A DNA stretch of 64,000 bases from Candidatus Omnitrophota bacterium (GCA_026387335.1 JAPLLX010000001.1:170620-234619), one strand, 5' to 3'. Positions 49,273-57,851 are shown, counted from the stretch's first letter. Notes: generated by a model from the sequence alone, not told the origin. Numbers and translations: made by a program.

Positions 49273-49977
49273 ATGCCGGATAAGTTAGAGGTTTTAATTA
49301 AAAAAGTTTACAACAGATGGAAGAGGCGCTCTAGGGTTAACGATGCTCATCCTGATGAAGAGGCCATGGCTTGTTTTTTTGATGGTTGCTTAAGCTATGA
49401 AGAAAGCGAGCGGATAAAAGCCCATTTAGCTGCTTGTGATGATTGCGCTCATCTTTTTGCTCTTAGCTTAAACGCTGAAAGTTCCGCTGAATTAAAAGAG
49501 GTGCCTGAAGAGCTGCTAAACAGGGTGCTGGAGTTATTGAAATCAAATGATAAGCCGTCGATCCTGGATATTGTTTTACGGCTCAAAGAGAATATGCTTG
49601 AGATAATCAATGCCAGCGGAGATATTCTTTTAGGCCAGGAGTTAATTCCCGTACCGCTATTACGCAGCCGTAAAATCCGGGATTTTAAGGAGGAAGTCAC
49701 TATATTCAAGGATTTTAAGAATATTCGATTAGAGGTGCGGATAGAAAATAAGGATGGAAAATTCTTTAACTTAATGACCAGGGCTATTTTTAAGCCTGGC
49801 GCGCTACCCTTTAAAGGCTTAAGGGTTACTCTCTTTAAGGATGGTTTGGAATTAGAATCCTACCTTAGCGATTCGGGTTCGGTTAATTTTGAGCATGTTG
49901 CCTTGGGTAAATATGAGTTAGAGCTGAGCAACGATAGCGGTAAGTTCGCTTCAGTGGTTTTAGATATTAAGGCCTAA
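49273..49977 (+). CDS. Soluble zinc-finger (zf-HC2/ZAS) anti-sigma factor with C-terminal Ig/carboxypeptidase-regulatory-like domain
   Basis: HPDEE..FFDG.L..HLAACDDC (HxxxCxxC); no TM; C-terminal GLRVTL..SDSGSVNFEHVALGKYEL. Confidence 0.78.
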   Translation: MPDKLEVLIKKVYNRWKRRSRVNDAHPDEEAMACFFDGCLSYEESERIKAHLAACDDCAHLFALSLNAESSAELKEVPEELLNRVLELLKSNDKPSILDIVLRLKENMLEIINASGDILLGQELIPVPLLRSRKIRDFKEEVTIFKDFKNIRLEVRIENKDGKFFNLMTRAIFKPGALPFKGLRVTLFKDGLELESYLSDSGSVNFEHVALGKYELELSNDSGKFASVVLDIKA

Positions 49978-49985
49978 ATAAAAGA

Positions 49986-52205
49986 ATGCCAGAAGAAAAG
50001 ACCCTTATTTTGGAGATTAGCCGCCAGGTTGACCTGCTGAAGATGAGCCTTTTTGAGGCCAACGACTCTCCGGCAACCCTAAAGCAATATAGCCAGCACA
50101 AAGTCGATCTTAGCCAGATTGATCGGCTCTGCGCCGAGGTCACTTCAGTATTAAATAAGGTTGTCTTACAGGATAGCGCTTTAATTAGAAGCTTACAGAA
50201 AACAGGACAGGCCCTCTGGGATCATCTTTTAAGCCGTTCGGTTAAAGAGAGGTTAAAATCATCCCTCTCTGCCAACTTAGCGCTGACCATTGATGAAGAG
50301 CTGATTAATATTCCCTGGGAACTGCTTTATGATGGAGATAATTTTCTCTGCCTGAAATTTAACTTAGGAAGGCTGGTTAGGACGAAAAGCCAGGCTAGCC
50401 GGGTGCAATACCGCTCGGCTACGCATATTTTTAAGATGTTAATTTTGGCCAATCCGACCAATGATTTAAAATGCGCTTATCAGGAAGGCCTAAGCATTAA
50501 AAACCAGTTTGACCGTAAGCGTTCAAACATACACGTTGATTTTAAATCCACAAATATAGATAAGTTATACCTAAAGAAGAACCTTTGCGACTATGACATT
50601 ATACATTTTGCCGGGCATGGCGAGTATGACCAGTATAACCAGAAAAATAGCGGATGGGTCTTAAGCGACGGGAAATTTAATATACAGGATATTTTAAGCA
50701 TGGGGCAGGCTGTTTCTTTGCCGGCGTTGGTTTTTTCTAATGCCTGTAATTCGGCGCAAGGTAACGCCAGCGGTATAATTGAGGCGGATTATCAGAAGAG
50801 ATATTATTCCTTTGCTTCGGCCTTCCTTTTTTCAGGAGTCAGGCATTACATCGGCTCAATACGCAAGATTGATGATTTCGCCAGCCTGGCTTTCGCCAAA
50901 GAATTTTATCACCATTTAATCTTCGGGAAATCTGTCGGTGAAAGTTTGCGTTTAAGCAGGATCAAGTTAGTCCGGGATTATGGGCTCATCTCTTTACATT
51001 GGGCGAATTACCTGCTTTATGGAGACCCGGCTTTTTTTCTCTTTAAGCCCAAAGACAAAGCGTTTAAGAGCAGGGATAAAATAAGGGTAAGGCTAAACCG
51101 GAAATGGCTGGCCGGGTTTTTAATTTTAGCCGCCGGCATAGGGTTAGGTCTATGTCTCTTTATGTTTTTACCTACGCTTAATCCAAATGCCTACCGTTTA
51201 TTCTTGAAGTCCAGGGATTTATTTAGCAAAGGCGATAACCAGCAAGTTATCCAGCTGGCTGACCGGATTATTAAGAAAGACCCGGACTTCCGGGATATTT
51301 ACCGGTTGCTTGGCGATACTTACCTTAGGCTGGGGAATAAGGAGAGGGCCTTAAAATATTATTTTGACTACGCGCTTTTAGCGGAGAAGAAGCGGGATTT
51401 TAAGTGTTTAGCCGCAGGCTATATTGAAATTGGCTGGCTTTACCAACTGCAAGGTGAATACCTTAAGGCAGCTGATTTTTATAATAAGGCCCTGGAATTG
51501 GCGCGCAAGAACAATGATAAATTAAATGAAGCCGTAGCCATGCGTAAGCTGGCTGTATGGCATATAGATAAGGATGAAAACGATTTGGCCTTAAGTCTTT
51601 TAACCAAAAGCGCCGAGATTAACCGCGAAAGGCAGTATTCTTATGAGCATCGCTATAACCTGGCTTGCGATTATTTTGATATCGGATTGGTTTTTTCCAA
51701 TAAGGAGGATTTTAAAGCCGCGGATGAGTTTTACCGCAAAAGCCGGGTGATTTTTGAGAGACTTAAAATTAAGAATGGTTTAAGCGATTATTATTTTAAT
51801 CTTGGGGAATTGTGTTTATTTGAAAAACAGTATCAAAAGGCCAAAGATTATTACTTAGCCGGGCTAAGGATAGATTTGAGCCAGGGGAATAAATTGAACC
51901 TGCCTTCGGATTATAACATGATCGGCGAGCTGTATCTTGAGATGGATATGCTACTGGAAGCTAAACTTGCCTTGGAAGAGTCGCTAAATGCCGCAAAAGA
52001 GATCCAGGCGCAGCCGGAAGTGGCCGCGGCGTATCATAATTTAGGTTTGTTGTATAAGAAACTGGGAAAAAAGAATAAGGCCAAGGAATTCTTGCGGCTG
52101 GCGCAGGAAATTTACAGTATTATTGACCCCTTGGCTTATAAAGAGGTAAAAAATGAGATTTTAGGCCTGGATGGGGCAAACCTGCCGGACTTGACAAAGC
52201 CTTAA
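49986..52205 (+). CDS. CHAT (caspase-HetF-like) protease - single TM - TPR array
   Basis: NIPWELL, IIHFAGHG (catalytic His), VFSNACNS (catalytic Cys), YLLYGDP; TM WLAGFLILAAGIGLGLCLFMFL; C-terminal TPR repeats. Confidence 0.9.
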   Translation: MPEEKTLILEISRQVDLLKMSLFEANDSPATLKQYSQHKVDLSQIDRLCAEVTSVLNKVVLQDSALIRSLQKTGQALWDHLLSRSVKERLKSSLSANLALTIDEELINIPWELLYDGDNFLCLKFNLGRLVRTKSQASRVQYRSATHIFKMLILANPTNDLKCAYQEGLSIKNQFDRKRSNIHVDFKSTNIDKLYLKKNLCDYDIIHFAGHGEYDQYNQKNSGWVLSDGKFNIQDILSMGQAVSLPALVFSNACNSAQGNASGIIEADYQKRYYSFASAFLFSGVRHYIGSIRKIDDFASLAFAKEFYHHLIFGKSVGESLRLSRIKLVRDYGLISLHWANYLLYGDPAFFLFKPKDKAFKSRDKIRVRLNRKWLAGFLILAAGIGLGLCLFMFLPTLNPNAYRLFLKSRDLFSKGDNQQVIQLADRIIKKDPDFRDIYRLLGDTYLRLGNKERALKYYFDYALLAEKKRDFKCLAAGYIEIGWLYQLQGEYLKAADFYNKALELARKNNDKLNEAVAMRKLAVWHIDKDENDLALSLLTKSAEINRERQYSYEHRYNLACDYFDIGLVFSNKEDFKAADEFYRKSRVIFERLKIKNGLSDYYFNLGELCLFEKQYQKAKDYYLAGLRIDLSQGNKLNLPSDYNMIGELYLEMDMLLEAKLALEESLNAAKEIQAQPEVAAAYHNLGLLYKKLGKKNKAKEFLRLAQEIYSIIDPLAYKEVKNEILGLDGANLPDLTKP

Positions 52206-52220
52206 AAAATATGTTATACT
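52191..52220 (+). promoter_or_regulatory. Sigma70 promoter upstream of the riboswitch
   Basis: TTGACA(52191)-N18-TATACT(52215) with TG extension. Confidence 0.7.
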
Positions 52221-52249
52221 TTTTTAGTTGATATTTGACAATTTAAACC

Positions 52250-52337
52250 TGACCTAATGAAAAGGCTAACCAGCAGCAATGCTGGGGCGCAAAACTTCCG
52301 GACCCGCCAAAGGCGGGCTAGCGGGGTTGCCAAAAGG
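52250..52337 (+). ncRNA. c-di-GMP-I (GEMM-I) riboswitch aptamer
   Basis: AAAGGCTAACCAGCA-GCAA-TGCTGG-GGCGCAAAA-CTTCCGG..CCCGCC-AAA-GGCGGG-CTAGCGGGGTTGCC matches the Vc2-type GGCAAACC/GACGCAAAG/AGCGGGGTTACC consensus, with a GNRA-capped P2. Confidence 0.85.
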
Positions 52338-52341
52338 AGCT

Positions 52342-52372
52342 AACCCTAAAATTAATCCTTTTAGGGTTTTTT
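52342..52372 (+). terminator. Intrinsic terminator (riboswitch expression platform)
   Basis: AACCCTAAAA-N7-TTTTAGGGTT followed by T-run. Confidence 0.75.
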
Positions 52373-52445
52373 GTTGCAGAGGGCAACACACCGAACCATC
52401 CGATAGGTTTGGGTGACCCTGGAGGAGGGCGCAAAGGAGGCTAAG

Positions 52446-52553
52446 ATGAGGCGAATGCATAGAAAGTTAATGCGCAAACCAGCAAGAAGGCACCATAAGA
52501 GGCAGCCAAGCTTTATCCAGGCTATAAGGCTATATTTAGGCATGCCAGCGTAA
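52446..52553 (+). CDS. Unannotated 35-aa Arg/His-rich small protein MRRMHRKLMRKPARRHHKRQPSFIQAIRLYLGMPA
   Basis: Perfect SD AAGGAGG 5 nt before ATG; only ORF downstream of the riboswitch; palindrome copy 3 starts just after its TAA. Confidence 0.65.
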   Translation: MRRMHRKLMRKPARRHHKRQPSFIQAIRLYLGMPA

Positions 52554-52555
52554 AA

Positions 52556-52610
52556 TAAATAGGGACAGCGACCGTTTTTCTATGGGAAAAACGGTCGCTG
52601 TCCCTATTTA
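52556..52610. repeat. Long palindromic REP-like element, copy 3
   Basis: 25-bp perfect IR TAAATAGGGACAGCGACCGTTTTTC-tatgg-GAAAAACGGTCGCTGTCCCTATTTA. Confidence 0.92.
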
Positions 52611-52618
52611 AAGTGGCC

Positions 52619-52646
52619 TTGAAAATCAGGGCTGATGTGTTATACT
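52619..52646 (+). promoter_or_regulatory. Sigma70 promoter
   Basis: TTGAAA-N16-TATACT with TG extension. Confidence 0.6.
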
Positions 52647-52651
52647 TAGTT

Positions 52652-52768
52652 TAGGCAAGGGGTAAACTACCAGCGGGCAGGCAATGCCCGGTAAAAAACA
52701 AAGAAAAATAGAATTCCCCTTGCCAGTTTTATTTTCCCCGTATTGAAAAAATGCGGGGATTTTTTTTA
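52652..52768 (+). ncRNA. Candidate structured sRNA / attenuator leader ending in an intrinsic terminator
   Basis: GGCAAGGGG/CCCCTTGCC closing stem, inner GGGCA-GGCAA-TGCCC hairpin, then TCCCCGTATT..AATGCGGGGA + T8. Confidence 0.5.
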
Positions 52769-52798
52769 AGTTAGATTTCTCTACCTCCCGCGTCTATT
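52764..52798 (+). promoter_or_regulatory. Candidate ECF promoter, copy 2
   Basis: TTTTAAGTTAGATTT-N11-GCGTCTATT, matching 49215-49249. Confidence 0.65.
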
Positions 52799-52816
52799 GA
52801 AGCAGGAGGTGGTAAA

Positions 52817-54367
52817 ATGAAAAAAGTTATAGTAGTTTTAGCAGCGCTGGTTTTGGTGAGCGGGAAGGCCTGGTCGTCAGAGCCTGAGTGGCAGGAGGTA
52901 AGCAGGGGCATAGTTAACGTAAGAAGCGTTTTAGTCAGTCCGGATAACCCTAAAGTAATTTATGCCGGAGCGGATAAAGGGGTATTTAGAACTGAAGACG
53001 CGGGTAATACTTGGCGGAATATCCTTTCAGTCCGCGGGGATAGCCGCGCGGTTAATTATCTGATTTTTGATGCCCAGAATAAAAATGCCCTCTACGCGGC
53101 AACCGGAAACGGTCTCTATTTTAGCGAAAACGCTGGCCAAAGATGGAACAGGATTTTTAAAGGTAAGAATTCATTTGAAAATGAGTGCGTATTCGTAACC
53201 ATAATACCTCAAGGCATGTATCTGGGGACAAAATCCGGTTTGTTCGTTAGTAAAGATAGGGGCCGCTCCTGGTATAAGGAAGCAGGAAAATTAGGGGCAA
53301 GCAGAATATTTAATATTAGCGTTGTTTATAAGGAGCCGGAGCAGCTTTATGTTTCCTGCAGTGATGGGGTATTTAAAACCGTTGATAGCGGGATGACCTG
53401 GGAAAGAATTTTTATCGCGCATCCGGTAGAAAACGGCTTAGAGCAGGAAGAAGAAACTGAAGACCGCGATGAAGATGAACGGCATTCTGAGATAAGGTAT
53501 GTAGCCATAGATCCGCAAAGTCCGGATAATCTATACTTGGCGACCAGCCGCGGAGTATACAAGAGTAAAAACAGGGGCGCGGGTTGGGAATTATTATCCG
53601 AATACGGATTACTCAGCCGCGACACCCAATTTTTATTATTTTCGGATAAATCATCCGGGTTCTATGCAATGAGTAAGTCAGGAGTTTTTATGTATAAGGA
53701 TGACGCCTGGAGAGAACTTTCTTTTAACCTTGCTTCCGGTAGCATTAATTTCTTACTATTGGATAAAGATATGAATTTATACGCCTGTAGCGATAAGGGA
53801 TTATTTAAGACTAGTTTAAGCTATACAAGTTCGTTTGAGGTTCCGGATATAATTTCGGGGTATTCCAACGGAGAGCCCGGGATTGAAGAGGTGCAAAAAC
53901 AGGCAATTAAATACGCTGAGGTAGAGCCCAGTAAAATAATTAATTGGAGGAAGCAGGCGCAGAAAAAAGCTATATTTCCCAAGGTAAGTATGGGTCTGGA
54001 AAGAAATACCGGCGACCTCTGGCACTGGGAGGGCGGTTCAACCACTAAAGATTGCGATGATACTTTAAGGCGCGGACGGGATACGCTGGATTGGGATGTT
54101 ACTTTAAGCTGGGATTTAAGCGAGTTGGTCTGGAATAGCGACCAGACCTCTATTGATACGCGCTCACGGCTGATGGTGCAGCTAAGGGACGACATACTTG
54201 ACGAAGTGAATAAAACATATTTTGAGCGTATTCGGGTTAAGATGGAGATGGATAGTTTACAGATTGAGGATAGAAAGAAGCGCTTTGAAAAAGAATTACG
54301 GGTCAGGGAGTTGACCGCTTCGCTGGACGCCCTTACCGGCGGCTATTTCTCAAGCCATACGCGCTAA
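52817..54367 (+). CDS. Secreted BNR/YCF48-like beta-propeller fused to a C-terminal TolC/OEP-repeat-like domain
   Basis: Signal peptide; Asp-box repeats (TEDAGNTW, SENAGQRW, SKDRGRSW, TVDSGMTW, SKNRGAGW); C-terminal FPKVSMGL..WDVTLSWDL..EVNKTY..LDALTGG. Confidence 0.7.
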   Translation: MKKVIVVLAALVLVSGKAWSSEPEWQEVSRGIVNVRSVLVSPDNPKVIYAGADKGVFRTEDAGNTWRNILSVRGDSRAVNYLIFDAQNKNALYAATGNGLYFSENAGQRWNRIFKGKNSFENECVFVTIIPQGMYLGTKSGLFVSKDRGRSWYKEAGKLGASRIFNISVVYKEPEQLYVSCSDGVFKTVDSGMTWERIFIAHPVENGLEQEEETEDRDEDERHSEIRYVAIDPQSPDNLYLATSRGVYKSKNRGAGWELLSEYGLLSRDTQFLLFSDKSSGFYAMSKSGVFMYKDDAWRELSFNLASGSINFLLLDKDMNLYACSDKGLFKTSLSYTSSFEVPDIISGYSNGEPGIEEVQKQAIKYAEVEPSKIINWRKQAQKKAIFPKVSMGLERNTGDLWHWEGGSTTKDCDDTLRRGRDTLDWDVTLSWDLSELVWNSDQTSIDTRSRLMVQLRDDILDEVNKTYFERIRVKMEMDSLQIEDRKKRFEKELRVRELTASLDALTGGYFSSHTR

Positions 54368-54449
54368 AACTCCTTGCAATTCCTACCTAGTTATGATAAT
54401 TTAATTAAGCTTTCCGCATTAATAATCTTTTAACTTGAGGATAAAAGAT

Positions 54450-54773
54450 ATGAGTATTCTGCATTTTAGCGATGGCAACTTTAAGAAAGAAGTCTTGGAA
54501 TCCAAGGTCCCGGTTATGGTTGATTTTTGGGCGAATTGGTGCGGGCCCTGCAAAATGATCGCTCCGCTAGTTGAAGAGTTAGCCAAGGAATACGCCGGCA
54601 AAATGAAAATCGGCAAGCTGGATGTTGACACTAACCCTAAAAGCGCTGCAGCCTACGGTATTATGTCAATTCCTAGCCTGATATTTATTAAGAACGGCAA
54701 GGTCATGGACCAGGTTACTGGTGCCCTGAATAAGGCGGCCTTAAAGAAAAAAATAGAAGAAAACCTAGAATGA
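54450..54773 (+). CDS. trxA: Thioredoxin
   Basis: VDFWANWCGPCKM, MSIP; start likely ATG 54450. Confidence 0.95.
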   Translation: MSILHFSDGNFKKEVLESKVPVMVDFWANWCGPCKMIAPLVEELAKEYAGKMKIGKLDVDTNPKSAAAYGIMSIPSLIFIKNGKVMDQVTGALNKAALKKKIEENLE

Positions 54774-55858
54774 AGAAAATATTCATCGCTGCTACCAAGC
54801 AGAATGATGGTAAGACCACGGTTTCATTAGGCTTAATCCGCAATTTCCAGAATATCTTTAAAAAAGTATGTTTCATTAAGCCGATCGGCCAGCGTTACCT
54901 GGAAGAAGAAGGCCTGAAAATTGACGAAGATTCTGTCCTGATCGAGGAAGTCTGCGGCATAAAGTGCGGGCTAAAAGATATGAGCCCGATTGCCGTAGAA
55001 AAAGGATTTACAGAGAGGTATATCGCCTCTCCCAATAAAGAATCCATTAGCCGGCAGATTAAAGATTCGTTTCGCCGGGTTTCTAAAGGACAGAATTTAG
55101 TTATTGTTGAAGGGACGGGCCACGCCGGAGTAGGTTCGGTTTTTGACCATTCTAACGCTACAGTCGCGAAATTGCTGGGTTCAAAAGCAATATTGATCTC
55201 TTCCGGAGGAGTAGGCCGGCCGATTGATGAGATTATTCTGAATAAAGCGCTCTTTGAACGGGAAGGCGTTAAGCTCTTAGGTGTAATCATTAATAAGGTC
55301 CTTCCGGATAAATTTAACAAAATCAATGATCTGGTCAGGAGGGGATTAAAGAGGAAAGGCGTAGATGTTTTAGGGGTAATTCCTTATAACCCTATGCTTT
55401 CACGCCCGACCATTGAGCAGATCCTGGAAGAAACAGGTTTTGAGATTTTGTGCGGTAAGGAATATTTGGAGTCATACGTTTCTCAGGTCATTGTCGGGGC
55501 AATGGAGCCGCGCGACGCAGTAAAATATATCGTTGAAGATAGCCTGGTGATTACGCCCGGAGATCGGGAAGATATGATTATGACTGTTTTAAGCTGTTTT
55601 CGAGAGAAAAACGCTAAAAGGCTTAAGGCTAGCGGTATAGTTTTATCCGGAGGGATAACACCGGAACAGCCGATAATGAATTTATTATATAAAGCCCAGA
55701 TTCCGATTTTACTGGCTAAGTCCGATACCTATGATGTGGCAACTTCTATTCATGATTTAACCGTAAAGATCCGGCCGCGGGATAAGGAAAAAATTAACGC
55801 GGTAGTGAAATTGATTAAGGATAACGTAGACTTAAATAAAATATTGAAAGGGATGTAA
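54770..55858 (+). CDS. BioD-like/DRTGG domain protein (stand-alone N-terminal part of long Pta)
   Basis: NDGKTT, KPIG, VEGTGH, ITPGDRED (DRTGG-like); upstream of pta. Confidence 0.85.
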   Translation: MKKIFIAATKQNDGKTTVSLGLIRNFQNIFKKVCFIKPIGQRYLEEEGLKIDEDSVLIEEVCGIKCGLKDMSPIAVEKGFTERYIASPNKESISRQIKDSFRRVSKGQNLVIVEGTGHAGVGSVFDHSNATVAKLLGSKAILISSGGVGRPIDEIILNKALFEREGVKLLGVIINKVLPDKFNKINDLVRRGLKRKGVDVLGVIPYNPMLSRPTIEQILEETGFEILCGKEYLESYVSQVIVGAMEPRDAVKYIVEDSLVITPGDREDMIMTVLSCFREKNAKRLKASGIVLSGGITPEQPIMNLLYKAQIPILLAKSDTYDVATSIHDLTVKIRPRDKEKINAVVKLIKDNVDLNKILKGM

Positions 55859-55861
55859 AAG

Positions 55862-56794
55862 ATGAACGCAATTGAACAGATCCGCCAGAGGGCAAGAAAA
55901 AAGATAAAATCCATCGTGCTTCCGGAATATAATGATCCGCGCGTAATTGAGGCAGCGCGTATTATTCAGGGAGAGGGTTTGGCTAAGGTTACGCTTTTTA
56001 CCAAGGAGATGGTGGATAATCAAGAGAGAGAGCGCTATATTCAGGAATATTATGAAACATATAAGGCAAAAGATATTGATATTTCGCAGGTGAGAAAACT
56101 TTTTGAAGCGGATACGCTTTATTATACCGCGATGATGACTACAGAGGGTAAGTTTGACGGATTGGTTGCTGGAGCCGCGCACACAACTCCGGATATGGTC
56201 AGGGCTTCTATGCGCTGTATCGGGATAGACGAGCGTATCACCATAATTTCCAGTTGTTTTATTATGGATGTCCCGAATTGCCCTTATGGGGAATCCGGGA
56301 CTTTTGTATTCGCGGATTGCGGCGTAATACCGGATCCAAATTCGCGACAATTATCCCGTATCGCCCTTTCGGCCGCGGAATTAGCCGGAAAGGTTTTGGA
56401 GATTACCCCGCGTATAGCTTTTTTAAGTTATTCCACTAAAGGCTCAGCCAGAGCTAAATCCGCTGAGAAAATTGCCGAGGCGCTCTCTATGCTTAAAGAG
56501 CTGGCTCCCGGAATGCTGGCGGATGGAGAGATGCAGGTGGATGCGGCGATTGTCCCGGACGTAGCCAAAATAAAATATCCGGATAGCCCGCTAGGTGGAA
56601 AAGCGAATGTTTTAATATTTCCTAATTTAGAGGCAGGCAATATTGGCTATAAATTAACCCAGCGGCTCTCTGGAGCCAGGGCATTAGGGCCGTTGCTTCT
56701 GGGCCTAAATAAGCCGGCTAGCGATTTATCGCGCGGATGCTTAGTTGAAGACGTTGTGGATTGCGTAGCGGTAACAGCAATAAGGGCGCAATAA
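55862..56794 (+). CDS. pta: Phosphate acetyltransferase
   Basis: FADCGV.PDP, LSYSTKGS, DGEMQVDAA, FPNLEAGNIGYK, DLSRG. Confidence 0.93.
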   Translation: MNAIEQIRQRARKKIKSIVLPEYNDPRVIEAARIIQGEGLAKVTLFTKEMVDNQERERYIQEYYETYKAKDIDISQVRKLFEADTLYYTAMMTTEGKFDGLVAGAAHTTPDMVRASMRCIGIDERITIISSCFIMDVPNCPYGESGTFVFADCGVIPDPNSRQLSRIALSAAELAGKVLEITPRIAFLSYSTKGSARAKSAEKIAEALSMLKELAPGMLADGEMQVDAAIVPDVAKIKYPDSPLGGKANVLIFPNLEAGNIGYKLTQRLSGARALGPLLLGLNKPASDLSRGCLVEDVVDCVAVTAIRAQ

Positions 56795-56795
56795 A

Positions 56796-57851
56796 ATGAA
56801 TATACTCGTAATTAATAGCGGAAGTTCATCCATAAAATATAAGCTCTTTAAGATGCCCCAGAAAAAACTTTTAACTAAGGGCGTAATCGAGCATATTGGC
56901 GAAGAGGGCTCGGATATCCAGGATCACTATACCGGACTAAAGCTTATTTTAAGTAAAGTTAATTCCGTTGACGCTGTGGGGCATAGGGTAGTTCACGGAG
57001 CAGAGAGTTTTAAGAAACCGGCGTTAATTAATCCTTTGGTTATTAGAAAAATCCGGCAGTGTTGCGCCATAGCGCCGTTGCATAATCCGGCAAACCTGGC
57101 CGGGATACTTGCCTGCAATAAGTTACTGGCAGGCATAAAACAGGTCGCGGTATTTGATACCGCCTTCCACCAAAGCCTTCCGGATTACGCTTATATTTAC
57201 GGACTCCCTTATGAATATTATACTAAGCTTTGTATACGCAAATACGGTTTTCACGGAACCAGCCATGAATATGTGGCCCACGAAGCCGCGCGCCTATTAA
57301 AGTCGCCCATAAATAAATTAAAATTAATCACCTGTCATTTAGGTAATGGCAGTAGTATTACCGCTGTAGATAGAGGCAAATCCATAGATACGAGTATGGG
57401 TTTTACTCCTTTAGAAGGCCTGGTTATGGGGACGCGCTGCGGAGACGTGGATCCGGCCTTAATTACCCATATCATGAAAAAGAAAAAACTGGATATTGCC
57501 GCAATGAATACTTTGTTAAACCGGGAAAGCGGGCTTAAGGGGATATCCGGCATAAGCAATGATGTGCGTATTTTGGAAGAAAAGTCTAAGCTGGGGAATA
57601 AACGCGCGAGGCTGGCGCTAGAAATATTTATTTATCGCATCAAAAAATATATTGGCGCTTATACGGGAATTATGTCCGGCTGCGATGCCCTTGTTTTTAC
57701 CGGTGGTATCGGAGAAAACCAGAAGAGGGTAAGGGGAAAAATTATCCGGGGCCTCTTTAGCCACCTGAAGAAAAAGCCCAAAATACTTATTATTCCGACT
57801 AATGAAGAGCTAATGATAGCTAAACAGACTTATTTGTTGATCAATGGTTAA
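56796..57851 (+). CDS. ackA: Acetate kinase
   Basis: INSGSSSIK, GHRVVHG, APLHNP, FDTAFH, YGFHGTSH, TSMGFTPLEG, PTNEE. Confidence 0.95.
   Translation: MNILVINSGSSSIKYKLFKMPQKKLLTKGVIEHIGEEGSDIQDHYTGLKLILSKVNSVDAVGHRVVHGAESFKKPALINPLVIRKIRQCCAIAPLHNPANLAGILACNKLLAGIKQVAVFDTAFHQSLPDYAYIYGLPYEYYTKLCIRKYGFHGTSHEYVAHEAARLLKSPINKLKLITCHLGNGSSITAVDRGKSIDTSMGFTPLEGLVMGTRCGDVDPALITHIMKKKKLDIAAMNTLLNRESGLKGISGISNDVRILEEKSKLGNKRARLALEIFIYRIKKYIGAYTGIMSGCDALVFTGGIGENQKRVRGKIIRGLFSHLKKKPKILIIPTNEELMIAKQTYLLING

Noticed and set aside
52174-52190. GGGCAAACC as a second, tandem c-di-GMP aptamer
   Set aside because: No P2/P3 stems or GCAAA junction follow; lies in the CHAT coding end
52266-52543. Minus-strand ORFs of 60-64 aa in the intergenic region
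   Set aside because: Antisense to the riboswitch and the SD-led small ORF; no recognisable features
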